From NCBI GenBank assembly GCA_049650985.1, contig JBASBF010000020.1, positions 46,711 through 110,710 on the forward strand: a stretch of DNA of 64,000 nt, written 5' to 3'. Shown here one piece after another: positions 11,209 through 21,590 of this stretch. Each line of letters opens with the position of its first letter. Within the stretch, counting starts at the first letter, position 1. Source of the stretch: Stenotrophomonas sp. GTDB lineage: Bacteria; Pseudomonadota; Gammaproteobacteria; Xanthomonadales; Xanthomonadaceae. The notes beneath the pieces are model-generated. The model did not search any database and was not told the origin of the DNA. It was given only the letters and a program-made list of their open reading frames with translations. A program made the position numbers and the translations under genes.

Positions 11209-14200
11209 TCAGCGGTCCTGCTGCACGCTGCGTACCTTGTGTTGCTCGATGTACTGCTTCGACTGCTCGTCCAGCTTGTCACCCAGCACGCGGCGCACGG
11301 TGACGAAGAACAGCGGGATCAGCAGTACGCCGATGACGGTGGCAAACAGCATGCCGCCGATGACGCCGGTGCCCAGCGAGTGGCGGGCATTGGCGCCGGC
11401 ACCGGTGGAGATGGCCATCGGCAGCACGCCGAGGATGAACGCGAACGAGGTCATCAGGATCGGGCGGAAGCGCAGGTGCGCGGCTTCGATGGCGGCCTCG
11501 CGCAGGGTCTTGCCGGCGGCGCGCTGCTCGACCGCGAATTCCACGATCAGGATCGCATTCTTGGCCGCCAGGCCGATCACCGTGACCATGCCGATCTTGA
11601 AGTACAGGTCGTTGGGCAGGCCGCGCAGCAGCGAGAACACCACCGCGCCGAGGATGCCGATCGGCACCACCAGCAGCACCGACACCGGGATCGACCAGCT
11701 CTCGTACAGCGCGGCAAGGCACAGGAACACCACCACGATCGACAACACCATCAGCAGTGTCGCGGCGTTGCCGGCGAGGATTTCCTGGTAGGACATGCCG
11801 CTCCAGTCGTAGCCGAAGCCGACCGGCAACTTGTCGTGCACCAGGTTTTCCATCGTCGTCATCGCCTGCCCGGAGCTGCCGCCCGGTGCCGGTGAGCCGA
11901 CGATGTTCACCGCCGAATAACCGTTGTAGCGGCTCAGTGCCGGCGGCGCGTAGATCCACTCGGACTTGACCACGGTGCTGAGCGGGATCATCGCCGGCTG
12001 GCCGTCGGCGTCCTTGCTCAGCGAGCTGGGCACGTAGTAGCTGCGCAACGATTCGGGGCCGGTACGGAAAGCGGCATCGGCCTGCATGTTCACCCGCTTG
12101 ATGCGGCCGCCGTAGAAGAAGTCGTTGACGTACACCGGCGCCAGCATCATCTGGATTGCGGTGTAGACGTCGTTGACCGACACCCCCATCGTCTGCGCCT
12201 GCACGCGGTCCACCTTCAACTGCAACTGCGGCGAATTTTCCAGCGTGTTCGGGCGCACGCCGACCAGCGAGGCATCATCGCCGGCGGCACCGAGCAGGGT
12301 GTTGCGCGCCTCCATCAACGCATCCTGGCCGGCGCCGGCGCGGTCCTGCAGCCACATGTCGAAGCCGCCGAACTGGCCCAGGCCTTGCACGGTGGGCAGG
12401 TTGACCAGGAACACCTGCGCGTCCTTGATGCCGCCGAAGGCCTTCATGTTCATCTTCTGGATGAATTCCGGCGCGGTTTCCTCGCGTTCGCCCCAGTCCT
12501 TGAGACGGATGAAGGCCATGCCGACGTTCTCGCCGGAGCCGACGAAACTGAAGCCGGTGACCTGCATCATGCCTTCGAACGAAGGGTCGTCCTGCATCAG
12601 CCCCAGCAACTGGTCGAACACTGCACCGGTACGGCTCTTGGTCGCCCCCGGCGGCAACTGCACGATGGCCAGCGCATAGCCCTGATCCTCTTCCGGCAGG
12701 AAGCTGCCCGGCAGGCGGGTGAACAACAGGCCGCACAGTGCAATCAGCAAGGCAAACACCATCAGCCAGCGCGGACTGTGCTTGAGGACGCTGCCAACGG
12801 TGCCGACATAGCTCTTTTCGAGCTTGCCGTAATACTTGTTGAAGGTGCGGTAGACCCAGTTCGGGGTGTCGTTGTGGGTCGGCTTGAGGAAGGCCGCGCA
12901 CAGCGCCGGGGTGAAGCTCAGTGCCAGCACTGCCGAGAAACCCATCGACATGGCGATGGTCAGCGCGAACTGCTTGTAGATTTCGCCGGAAGCACCGGGC
13001 TGCATCGCGCTGGGGATGAACACCGCCGCCAGCACCACGGTGATGGCAACCACCGCGCCGGTGATCTGGCCCATCGCCTTCTGCGTGGCCGGCTTCGGGT
13101 CGAGCTTTTCCTCGCTCATGATGCGTTCGACGTTCTCGATCACCACAATGGCGTCGTCGACCACGATGCCGATCGCCAGCACCATCGCGAACAGGGTGAG
13201 CTGGTTGATGGTGAAGCCGATCGCCAGCATGCCCATGAAGGTGCCCAGCAGCGCCACCGGGATCACCAGGGTGGGGATGATCGTCGCGCGGAAGTTCTGC
13301 AGGAAGATCAGCATCACCAGGAACACCAGCACGATGGCTTCGATCAGCGTGTGGATCACTTCCTTGATCGAGATGTTGACGAAGGTGGTGCTGTCGAACG
13401 GGGTGAACCAGCTCACGCCCTGCGGGAAGCTGCCGGCCAGGTCGTCCATCTTGGCGCGCACCGCGCCGGACACGTCCAGCGCGTTGGCGCCGGGCAGCAA
13501 CTGGATGGCGAAGGCGGCCACCGGCTTGCCGTTGTAGCGGGTATCGAAACCGTAATTGGAGGCACCGAAGGCGATGCGCGCCACGTCCTTCAGCCGCACC
13601 ACGCTGCCGTCGGCATTGGCCCGCAGGATGGTGTCCTCGAATTCCTCCGGCGTGCTGTAGCGGCCTTCGGCGGCGACGGTGGCGGTGAACGCCTGGCCGT
13701 TCGGGGCCGGGTCGCCGCCCACCGAACCCGCGGAAAACTGCAGGTTCTGGGTGCCGATGGCGTTGTACACGTCGGTGGCCGACAGGTGGTAACCCTGCAG
13801 CTTCTCCGGGTTGAGCCAGATGCGCATGGCGTATTCGGAGCCGAACTGCTGGGTGCTGCCGACGCCGGGCACGCGCGAAATCTGTTCCAGCACGCGCGAG
13901 CCGACGATGTCGTTGAGCGCGTCGCGGTCCACCGTGCCGTCATCCGAACGCACGCCCACGGCCATCAGGAAGCCGGCGTTGGCCTTGGCCACCACCACGC
14001 CCTGCTTGGTCACTTCCGAAGGCAGGCGCGGGGTTGCCAGCGCCACCTTGTTCTGCACCTGCACCTGGGCGATGTCGGCATCGGTGCCGCTGTCGAAGGT
14101 GAGGGTGATGCTCACCCGCCCGGTCGAGGACGAGGAGGAGTTGAAGTAGACCAGGTTGTCGATGCCGGTCAGTTGCTGCTCGATCACCTGGGTGACCGAT

Positions 14201-14376
14201 TTTTCGGCGGTGGCGGCGTTGGCGCCGGGGTAGTTGGCGGTGACCGTGACCTGCGGCGGCGCCACGCTGGGGTAGGACTCCACGCCCAGGTTGAGGATCG
14301 AGATCACGCCGCCAAGCGAAATCAGGATGGCCACCACCCACGCGAATACCGGGTGTTCGATGAAGAATTTGGGCAT
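11209..14376 (-). CDS. RND multidrug efflux permease (AcrB/MexB-like, HAE1)
   Basis: ORF 11209..14445, with the start moved to MPKFFIEHPVFAWVVAILISLGG. Size is about 1055 aa with typical AcrB-family N-terminal and TM motifs. Confidence 0.9.
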   Translation of the reverse strand: MPKFFIEHPVFAWVVAILISLGGVISILNLGVESYPSVAPPQVTVTANYPGANAATAEKSVTQVIEQQLTGIDNLVYFNSSSSSTGRVSITLTFDSGTDADIAQVQVQNKVALATPRLPSEVTKQGVVVAKANAGFLMAVGVRSDDGTVDRDALNDIVGSRVLEQISRVPGVGSTQQFGSEYAMRIWLNPEKLQGYHLSATDVYNAIGTQNLQFSAGSVGGDPAPNGQAFTATVAAEGRYSTPEEFEDTILRANADGSVVRLKDVARIAFGASNYGFDTRYNGKPVAAFAIQLLPGANALDVSGAVRAKMDDLAGSFPQGVSWFTPFDSTTFVNISIKEVIHTLIEAIVLVFLVMLIFLQNFRATIIPTLVIPVALLGTFMGMLAIGFTINQLTLFAMVLAIGIVVDDAIVVIENVERIMSEEKLDPKPATQKAMGQITGAVVAITVVLAAVFIPSAMQPGASGEIYKQFALTIAMSMGFSAVLALSFTPALCAAFLKPTHNDTPNWVYRTFNKYYGKLEKSYVGTVGSVLKHSPRWLMVFALLIALCGLLFTRLPGSFLPEEDQGYALAIVQLPPGATKSRTGAVFDQLLGLMQDDPSFEGMMQVTGFSFVGSGENVGMAFIRLKDWGEREETAPEFIQKMNMKAFGGIKDAQVFLVNLPTVQGLGQFGGFDMWLQDRAGAGQDALMEARNTLLGAAGDDASLVGVRPNTLENSPQLQLKVDRVQAQTMGVSVNDVYTAIQMMLAPVYVNDFFYGGRIKRVNMQADAAFRTGPESLRSYYVPSSLSKDADGQPAMIPLSTVVKSEWIYAPPALSRYNGYSAVNIVGSPAPGGSSGQAMTTMENLVHDKLPVGFGYDWSGMSYQEILAGNAATLLMVLSIVVVFLCLAALYESWSIPVSVLLVVPIGILGAVVFSLLRGLPNDLYFKIGMVTVIGLAAKNAILIVEFAVEQRAAGKTLREAAIEAAHLRFRPILMTSFAFILGVLPMAISTGAGANARHSLGTGVIGGMLFATVIGVLLIPLFFVTVRRVLGDKLDEQSKQYIEQHKVRSVQQDR

Positions 14377-14387
14377 GGGAGGCTCCG

Positions 14388-15560
14388 TCAGTCCTGCTGC
14401 GGCTGTGCCGGGGCGGCGGCGGGCTTGGCCGCGGCGGCTTGCCACGGCATCGGCTTGGCCGCTTCGCCCGGCTTGACCTTCTGCAGGCCCGAGGCGATTA
14501 CCTGGTCACCGGTTTCCAGCCCGGCCGAAACCAGCCAGTTGCCATCCTGCTGGCCATCCAGCAGCAGATTCCTGCGCACCACCTTGCCGTCCTTGCCGAC
14601 CACCAGTGCATAGCTGCCCTGTGCGTCGCGCTGCACCGCCTGCTGCGGTACCAGGAAGGCATTGTTGCGCTGGCCGAGGTTGGCCCTGAAGCTGACGAAC
14701 GAACCCGGCAGCAGGATGTGGTCCGGATTGGGCAGTTGCGCGCGCAGCGACACCGTGCCGGTGGCCGGGTCTACCGTGGTCGCCGAGAAGTCCAGCGTGC
14801 CCTCGTGAGCGTAGGCGCTGCCGTCGGGCAGGTTGACCCGCACCGTGGTCTTGCCATCGCCGGCCAGCGCCACCGCACCCTTGTCCTGCGCGGCGCGCAG
14901 CCCGCTCAGCTCGTCGGCGGTCATCGAGAAGTTGATGTACAGCGGATCGATCTGGTCGATGGTGGTCAACAGCGTGGCTTCATTCTGGCCGACCAACGCG
15001 CCCTCGGTCACCTGTTGTTTGCCGGCCAGGCCGGCGATCGGCGCGGTGACGTTGGCGTAGCCGAGGTTGATGCGGGCGCTGGTGACGGCCGCCTGTGCCT
15101 GCTGCACGGCGGCCGCACCGCTGCGCTCGGCAGCTTCGGCGTTGTCCAGGTCCGAGCGCGACACGTAATTCTGTGGTGCCAGCGTGCGGGCGCGTTCGGC
15201 CGTGGCCCTGGCATTGGTGTGGCTGGCGCGGGCCGAGGCCAGCGCGGCTTCGGCCGAGGCCAGCGATGCGCGCAGCGGCGCCGGGTCGATCTGGAACAGC
15301 GCCTGGCCTTCCTTGACGGTGCTGCCCTCTTCGTAGGTGCGCTTGAGCAGCACGCCGGAGACGCGGGCACGCACGTCGGCCGAGCGGAACGGCGACAACC
15401 GTCCGACCAGTTCGCGCTGCAACGGCAGCGTCTGCGGCTTGGCCTCGATGACGCCAACCTCCGGCGGAGGCGGTGCCTGCTGTTCCTGTTGGTTCTTGCA
15501 GGCGCCCAGGCCCAGGGTCAGGGCGCCTGCTAGGGCGAAGGTGCGCAGCGGAGAGGTCAT
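14388..15560 (-). CDS. RND efflux periplasmic adaptor (membrane fusion protein, lipoprotein)
   Basis: ORF 14388..15728, with the start moved to MTSPLRTFALAGALTLGLGAC (lipobox). It has MFP-family barrel-sandwich/hairpin regions and lies 11 nt upstream of the RND gene. Confidence 0.85.
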   Translation of the reverse strand: MTSPLRTFALAGALTLGLGACKNQQEQQAPPPPEVGVIEAKPQTLPLQRELVGRLSPFRSADVRARVSGVLLKRTYEEGSTVKEGQALFQIDPAPLRASLASAEAALASARASHTNARATAERARTLAPQNYVSRSDLDNAEAAERSGAAAVQQAQAAVTSARINLGYANVTAPIAGLAGKQQVTEGALVGQNEATLLTTIDQIDPLYINFSMTADELSGLRAAQDKGAVALAGDGKTTVRVNLPDGSAYAHEGTLDFSATTVDPATGTVSLRAQLPNPDHILLPGSFVSFRANLGQRNNAFLVPQQAVQRDAQGSYALVVGKDGKVVRRNLLLDGQQDGNWLVSAGLETGDQVIASGLQKVKPGEAAKPMPWQAAAAKPAAAPAQPQQD

Positions 15561-15582
15561 CGGGGAAGCTCCGGGAGTTTGT

Positions 15583-16221
15583 TCAGCGGGTGCCGGGGAT
15601 GCCGGCCGGCGGTGCCGGGAAGGCGCGCAGGAAGGCATCGATGGCGAATTCGGCCCAGCGGCGGCGCTGCTTGGAGTCGTCGCGGTGGGGGGCGTGGAAA
15701 CGTTGGCGTTCGAAATCCTGACCGGCAATCATGCTGATCAGCATCTCGGCGATGAAATGCGGATCGTCATGGATGATGCGCCCGCGTGCCATCTCGGTTC
15801 GCATCCATTCAGCCAATTGCTCGCGCAGGGCCTCGACCCCGCCCTCGTACAGCGAGCGGGCTTCTTCGCGAAACTCGGCGGCGCCGGTGGCGATCAGTTG
15901 CGCGGTCTGGCGGTGGCGGGGCTGGTTGCGATGTTCCAGATAACGCAAGGCGAAATCCAGCAGAACTTCGCGCTGTGGGCGTTCGTCGCCGCTGGCCAGC
16001 GGCGCAACCGCGGCCGAGACGCTCTGCCGCACGACCTGGCCAAGCAGTTCGCGCTTGCTGCCGTAACGGCTGTAGAGGGTCTGCTTGGAGCAACCCACGT
16101 GCGCGGCCACCGCGTCCATGCTCAGGTGCATGCCGTGTACCGCCAGCAGCTCGCGCACGGCATCGAACACGCGCAGGTCGCGCGCCTCGATGGGGGCGGA
16201 ATCGTGGGGGGCGGAGTGCAC
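15583..16221 (-). CDS. TetR/AcrR family transcriptional regulator
   Basis: 212-aa ORF with a TetR HTH (MDAVAAHVGCSKQTLYSRYGSKRELL). It is on the same strand as, and 22 nt upstream of, the MFP gene. Confidence 0.85.
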   Translation of the reverse strand: MHSAPHDSAPIEARDLRVFDAVRELLAVHGMHLSMDAVAAHVGCSKQTLYSRYGSKRELLGQVVRQSVSAAVAPLASGDERPQREVLLDFALRYLEHRNQPRHRQTAQLIATGAAEFREEARSLYEGGVEALREQLAEWMRTEMARGRIIHDDPHFIAEMLISMIAGQDFERQRFHAPHRDDSKQRRRWAEFAIDAFLRAFPAPPAGIPGTR

Positions 16222-16303
16222 GGATTGGACTATACCGTCCAGTTCAAAATATGTAAAGCAGCGCGAAAACGCATGTCCGGCGGTAATGCCGAGAGTTGTC
16301 CGG

Positions 16304-16360
16304 GAAATGTTTTGAAAAGTGAAATATTCAATGAAAACATGAAGTTGAATATGCTTTCAG
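16304..16360. promoter_or_regulatory. AT-rich block with nested dyad symmetries upstream of the NAD-glutamate dehydrogenase gene
   Basis: gaaatgttttgaaaagtgaaatattcaatgaaaacatgaagttgaatatgctttcag. One dyad pairs atgtttt (16307-13) with aaaacat (16334-40). A second pairs attcaa (16326-31) with ttgaat (16345-50). The block is strikingly AT-rich for this genome. Confidence 0.4.
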
Positions 16361-16457
16361 CGCCGTTTCAATGCCTGCATTGCGGCCTTGCAACAATGCT
16401 GTGGTTGTTGCGGGGGATACAATTTCGTTTCCCTTGGAGCATCACTGAAGCTCAATC

Positions 16458-19400
16458 ATGAAACCGCAAAAAAACGCTGCCAAATCCGCACGAACGAAAT
16501 CCCAAACGGTTGCAAAGCCGAGTGTTTCCGAAGCCGGTCTGTCACTGGAACCGGTTTTTGCAGCGTTGCGAACGCGATACCCGGCCGCCGGGCGGGCCGA
16601 GGCGGAAGCGTTTGCCGCGGCGTTCTACCGCCGCATGGAGAATGATGAATTCAGGATGCACCCGGCCGAAGACTGGGCGGTGCTGGCCGCCGGCATGCTG
16701 GAATTCGTGCGCATGCGCAAGCCCGGCAAGGCCAACGTCCGCGTGTTCAACCCCAGCTTGAAGAGCGATGGCTGGGAGTCCAGCCACACCGTGCTGCAAA
16801 TCGTCAACGACGACATGCCGTTCCTCGTGGACACCGTGTCGCTGGCGCTGGCCGAGCAGGGCATTGGCGTGCACGTGCTGGGCCACCCGGTGATCGACAT
16901 CACCCGCGACAAGGCCGGCAAGTTGCTGCGCGTGGGCGAGGGCACCCCGGAATCGGTGATGCTGCTGGAAATCGACCGCCAGCCGGCCGAGGCGCTGGTG
17001 GCGGTGAACAAGCGCATGACCGCCGCATTGGATGATGTGCGCGCCATCGTCAAGGACTGGGCGCCGATGTGCGACAAGGCGCTGGCACTGGCCGATGACC
17101 TGGGCCAGCGCACGCTGCCGGTGGGCAACGACATCCGCGAGGAAGCGCAGGAGTTCCTGCGCTGGGCCGCCGACAACCATTTCACCTTCTTCGGCTACCG
17201 CGAATACAAGGTCGAAAAGCAGGGCAAGGAAGAAGTGCTGGCAGCGCAGAACGGCACCGGCCTGGGCCTGATGCGCGGCAAGGACACCTCGGTGGCACGC
17301 CCGGTCAAGGGCCTGGCCGCCGAAGGCCTGAATGCCGCCAGCAGCCTCGATGACGCACTGATCCTGACCAAGACCAATGCCCGCTCGCGCATCCACCGCA
17401 GCGGCTACATGGATTACATCGGCGTGCTGGAATTCGACGCCAAGGGCAAGATCGTCGGCGAGAAGCGCTTCCTCGGCCTGTTCACCTCCAGCGCCTACAA
17501 CCGCCGCCCGTGGGAAATCCCGCTGGTGCGCCTGCGCTACGAGAACGTGATGAAGCGCTCGGGCCTGAGCCCGTCCAGCCACAGCGGCAAGGCGTTGCGT
17601 CACATCCTCGAATCGTTGCCGCGCGAGGAGCTGTTCCAGTCCAGCGAGGACGAGCTGTTCCGTACCGCAATCGGCGTGCTCGGCTTGCAGGAGCGTGTGC
17701 GCAGCCGCCTGTTCCTGCGCCGCGACAAGTTCAGCCGTTTCATTTCCGCGCTGGTGTACCTGCCGCGCGAACGTTTCAACACCGACGTGCGCCTGCGCAT
17801 CGAGAGCCTGCTCAAGGAAGCGCTGCAGGGCGAATACGTCGATTCCAGCGTGGTGCTGGGCGATTCGCCGCTGGCGCAGGTGCACCTGATCGTGCGCCCG
17901 AAGGTCGGGCAGAGCCTGGAGCTGGATACCGAGGGTCTGGAAAAGCGCCTGGCACACGTGCTGCGCAACTGGCAGGACGACCTGCGCGAAGCGCTGGTTT
18001 CAAGCTGTGGCGAGAGTGAAGGCCTGCGCATTGCCGCGCGCATCGGCAAGGCATTGCCGGCCGGCTACATCGAGGATTCCAGCGCCGAAATCGCTGCCGC
18101 CGACGTCGCCCAGCTCGATGCGTTGACCGGCCCGGACGACCTGCGCCTGAGCCTGCAGCCGATCCGCCGCGATGGCGTCGATGGCCTGCGCATGAAGCTC
18201 TACCGCCAGCTCAAGGACATTCCGCTGTCCGACGTGCTGCCGATGATGGAGAACATGGGCCTGCGCGTGATCTCCGAGCGCCCGTACCGGCTGATGGTGG
18301 ACGACGCACCGGTCTACGTGCAGGACTTCGAGATCGAATCGACCGTCGGCGCGATCGACGCGGCGGCCGCCAGCGCCGGTTTCAGCGACGCATTCGCCCA
18401 TGTCTGGCACGGCGAGGCCGAGAACGACGGCTTCAACCGCCTGGTGCTGGCCGCCGGGCTGGGCTGGCGCCAAGTGGCGATGCTGCGTGGCTATTGCAAG
18501 TACCTGCTGCAGATCGGCGTGCCGTTCTCGCAGGCCTACGTCGAAGGCACCTTCAACCGCTACCCGCTGCTGGCGCGGTTGATCGTGGAGCTGTTCGAAG
18601 CGCGCTTCGACCCGGCAGCGACCAGCGACAAGGCGACGCTGGATGCGCAGTTGGGCCAGTTCAAGGCGCTGGCCGGCGACAATGCAGCCACCGTCAAGCT
18701 GCTCGAAGCCGTGGTCAAGGCGCGCGCAAGCAAGCGCGATGCACGCATGGCGCTGGTGCACGAAACCCTGGTCAAACTGCTCGACGGCGTTTCCAGCCTG
18801 GACGAGGACCGCATCCTGCGCAGCTTCATCGGCGTGATCGAAGCCACCCTGCGCACCAGCTACTACATGCAGCGCAAGGACGGCGTGCGTGCCGACGGCG
18901 GCCCGGCCGACTACATCAGCTTCAAGTTGGATGCGGCCAAGGTGCCGGACGCGCCCAAGCCGCGCCCGTACCGCGAAATCTGGGTATGCGGCCCGCGCGT
19001 GGAAGGCACCCACCTGCGTTTCGGCGCGGTGGCCCGTGGCGGCCTGCGCTGGTCCGACCGCCGCGAGGATTTCCGCACCGAGGTGCTGGGCCTGGTCAAG
19101 GCGCAGATGGTGAAGAACACGGTGATCGTGCCGGTCGGCTCCAAGGGCGGTTTCTTCGCCAAGCAGTTGCCGGACCCGTCCGTTGATCGCGACGCATGGT
19201 TCGCCGAGGGCGTGGCCTGCTACAAGCGCTTCATCAACGGCTTGCTCGACATCACCGACAACATCGTCGGCAACAAGATCGTGCCGCCGCAGGGCGTGGT
19301 GCGCCACGACCTGGACGACCCGTACCTGGTGGTGGCCGCCGACAAGGGCACGGCCAGCTTCTCCGACATCGCCAACGGCATCGCCGCTGCGCACGGCTTC

Positions 19401-21437
19401 TGGCTGGATGACGCCTTCGCTTCCGGCGGTTCGGTCGGTTACAGCCACAAGGGCATGGGCATCACCGCGCGTGGCGCATGGGAGTCGGTCAAGCGCCACT
19501 TCCGTGCACTGGGCCGCAACTGCCAGACCCAGGACTTCACCGCGGTGGGTATCGGCGACATGTCCGGCGACGTGTTCGGCAACGGCATGCTGCTGTCCGA
19601 GCACACCCGCCTGGTGTGCGCGTTCGACCACCGCCACATCTTCCTCGACCCGAACCCGGAGGCTTCGACCTCGTTCAAGGAGCGTTTGCGCCTGTTCGCG
19701 GTGCCGCGTTCGAGCTGGGCCGATTACGACGCCAAGCTGATCAGCAAGGGCGGCGGCATCTACCCGCGTTCGCTGAAGTCGATCGAGATCACCCCGCAGG
19801 TACGCGAAGCACTGGGCATCGACGCCGGCATCAAGGCGATGACCCCGACCGAGCTGATGAATGCTGCGCTGAAGGCGCCGGTGGACCTGCTGTGGAACGG
19901 CGGCATCGGCACCTACGTCAAGGCCGCCAATGAAACCAATGCCGAAGTCGGCGATCGTGCCAACAGCGGCTTGCGCGTCAACGGCGGTGAGCTGCGCTGC
20001 AGGATCGTGGGCGAGGGCGGCAACCTGGGCATGACCCAGCTCGGCCGCATCGAGGCCGCGCAGGTTGGCGTGCTGCTCAACACCGACTTCATCGACAACT
20101 CGGCCGGCGTGGACACCTCCGACCACGAAGTCAACATCAAGATCCTGCTCAACGACGTGGTGCGGGCGAAGAAGTTGACCGTCGAGCAGCGCAACAAGCT
20201 GCTGGCGTCGATGACCGACGAGGTCGCCGGGCTGGTGCTGATGGACAACTACCGCCAGAACCAGGCGCTGAGCCTGATGGAGCGGATGAGCACAAAGCGC
20301 CTGGGCTCCAAGCAGCACTTCATCCGCACGCTGGAACAGCAGGGCCTGCTCGACCGCCAGATCGAGTTCCTGCCGTCCGATGCCGAGCTGTCCGCACGCA
20401 AGCTGCGTGGCTTGGGCCTGACCCGTCCGGAGCTTGCAATCCTGCTGTCCTACTCCAAGATCGTCGCCTTCCAGCAGTTGCTGGATTCGGACATCCCGGA
20501 AGACCCGTACCTGTCCAAGGAACTGCTGCGCTACTTCCCGCAACCGCTGCAGAAGAAGTACGCCGACGCGATGCCGGGCCACCGCCTGAAGCGCGAGATC
20601 ATCGCTTCGGCGGTGACCAACCAGACCATCAACCGCATGGGCGCCACCTTCCTGATGCGCATGCAGGAAGACACCGGCCGCAGCGTGGCCGAGGTCGCCA
20701 AGGCCTACACCATCAGCCGCGAGACGCTGGATGCGCGCGCACTGTGGTCGCAGGTCGACGCACTCGACGGCACCCTGCCCGAAGCAGTGCAGGTCGATGC
20801 GCTGGAAGTGATCTGGAAATTGCAGCGTTCATTCGTGCGCTGGCTGCTGAGCCGTCCGGGCGCGATGCCCGGCATCACTGCCGCGGTCGAGCGTTACCAG
20901 GGCCCGTTCAACGACATCCGCGTCGCCTCGGGCGTGCTGCCAGATTCGCAGCGCCCGGCCTACGAGGCCAGCGTCAAGCAGTGGAAGGAGAAGGGCCTGC
21001 CGGCGGCACTGGCGCAGCAGTTGTCCGAACTGCAGTTCCTGGAGCCGGCGTTCGACATCATCGAACTGGCGCGTACCCGCAAGCTCAAGCCGGTGGATGT
21101 TTCCAAGGTCCATTTCCGCCTGGGCGAAGCCCTACAGATGCCGTGGCTGTTCGAGCAGATCGACGCGCTGGAGGTCAACGGCCGCTGGCATGCAGTGGCA
21201 CGCGGCGTGCTGCGCGACGAGCTGGCCGCGCACCAGCGCACCCTCACCGGCCAGGTACTGTCGACGAAGGGCGGCAACGCCGAAGCCAAGGTTGCCGCAT
21301 GGCTGGGCCGCGATGACAGCAGCCTGCGCTTCACCTTGGCGATGCTGGCCGAGCTGGCCGAGCAGAAGACGCTGGACTACCCGACCGTCTCGGTCGCGGT
21401 ACAGCGCCTGGGGCAACTGGCGGCGCACGGCGCGTAA
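16458..21437 (+). CDS. gdhB: NAD-specific glutamate dehydrogenase (large, about 180 kDa class)
   Basis: 1659-aa ORF. Its size and conserved catalytic core (ARGGLRWSDRREDFRTEVLGLVKAQMVKNTVIVPVGSKGGF, ADKGTA) are characteristic of the giant NAD-GDH family. Confidence 0.9.
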   Translation: MKPQKNAAKSARTKSQTVAKPSVSEAGLSLEPVFAALRTRYPAAGRAEAEAFAAAFYRRMENDEFRMHPAEDWAVLAAGMLEFVRMRKPGKANVRVFNPSLKSDGWESSHTVLQIVNDDMPFLVDTVSLALAEQGIGVHVLGHPVIDITRDKAGKLLRVGEGTPESVMLLEIDRQPAEALVAVNKRMTAALDDVRAIVKDWAPMCDKALALADDLGQRTLPVGNDIREEAQEFLRWAADNHFTFFGYREYKVEKQGKEEVLAAQNGTGLGLMRGKDTSVARPVKGLAAEGLNAASSLDDALILTKTNARSRIHRSGYMDYIGVLEFDAKGKIVGEKRFLGLFTSSAYNRRPWEIPLVRLRYENVMKRSGLSPSSHSGKALRHILESLPREELFQSSEDELFRTAIGVLGLQERVRSRLFLRRDKFSRFISALVYLPRERFNTDVRLRIESLLKEALQGEYVDSSVVLGDSPLAQVHLIVRPKVGQSLELDTEGLEKRLAHVLRNWQDDLREALVSSCGESEGLRIAARIGKALPAGYIEDSSAEIAAADVAQLDALTGPDDLRLSLQPIRRDGVDGLRMKLYRQLKDIPLSDVLPMMENMGLRVISERPYRLMVDDAPVYVQDFEIESTVGAIDAAAASAGFSDAFAHVWHGEAENDGFNRLVLAAGLGWRQVAMLRGYCKYLLQIGVPFSQAYVEGTFNRYPLLARLIVELFEARFDPAATSDKATLDAQLGQFKALAGDNAATVKLLEAVVKARASKRDARMALVHETLVKLLDGVSSLDEDRILRSFIGVIEATLRTSYYMQRKDGVRADGGPADYISFKLDAAKVPDAPKPRPYREIWVCGPRVEGTHLRFGAVARGGLRWSDRREDFRTEVLGLVKAQMVKNTVIVPVGSKGGFFAKQLPDPSVDRDAWFAEGVACYKRFINGLLDITDNIVGNKIVPPQGVVRHDLDDPYLVVAADKGTASFSDIANGIAAAHGFWLDDAFASGGSVGYSHKGMGITARGAWESVKRHFRALGRNCQTQDFTAVGIGDMSGDVFGNGMLLSEHTRLVCAFDHRHIFLDPNPEASTSFKERLRLFAVPRSSWADYDAKLISKGGGIYPRSLKSIEITPQVREALGIDAGIKAMTPTELMNAALKAPVDLLWNGGIGTYVKAANETNAEVGDRANSGLRVNGGELRCRIVGEGGNLGMTQLGRIEAAQVGVLLNTDFIDNSAGVDTSDHEVNIKILLNDVVRAKKLTVEQRNKLLASMTDEVAGLVLMDNYRQNQALSLMERMSTKRLGSKQHFIRTLEQQGLLDRQIEFLPSDAELSARKLRGLGLTRPELAILLSYSKIVAFQQLLDSDIPEDPYLSKELLRYFPQPLQKKYADAMPGHRLKREIIASAVTNQTINRMGATFLMRMQEDTGRSVAEVAKAYTISRETLDARALWSQVDALDGTLPEAVQVDALEVIWKLQRSFVRWLLSRPGAMPGITAAVERYQGPFNDIRVASGVLPDSQRPAYEASVKQWKEKGLPAALAQQLSELQFLEPAFDIIELARTRKLKPVDVSKVHFRLGEALQMPWLFEQIDALEVNGRWHAVARGVLRDELAAHQRTLTGQVLSTKGGNAEAKVAAWLGRDDSSLRFTLAMLAELAEQKTLDYPTVSVAVQRLGQLAAHGA

Positions 21438-21490
21438 GGCGACCGTTGCCCTTCCTCCGCATGGAGGAGGGGCTGCGGGCAATCACTTCG

Positions 21491-21520
21491 ACGGCCCCGC
21501 CTTGGCGGGGCCGTTTCAGT
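21491..21520 (+). terminator. rho-independent terminator after gdhB
   Basis: acggccccgc-cttg-gcggggccgt followed by ttcagtt. A second 10-bp hairpin lies at 21449-21472. Confidence 0.6.
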
Positions 21521-21590
21521 TGGTATCGACGGACGGCATTGGCCATGCCACCCGGTTATGCTCTACCGGTAACGTCCACCGGATCCGTAG

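Noticed and set aside
12385-14613. 742-aa ORF antisense to the RND permease and MFP genes
   Set aside because: It is a shadow ORF. The opposite strand encodes clear AcrB/AcrA-family proteins.
16226-16241. TGGAC-N6-GTCCA as the TetR operator next to the tetR start
   Set aside because: The arms are only 5 bp and overlap the first codons or RBS region. This is too weak to call without comparative data.
18000-20582. 860-aa ORF (and 16542..17957) antisense to gdhB
   Set aside because: These are shadow ORFs inside the 1659-aa NAD-GDH gene, with no recognisable domains and biased composition.
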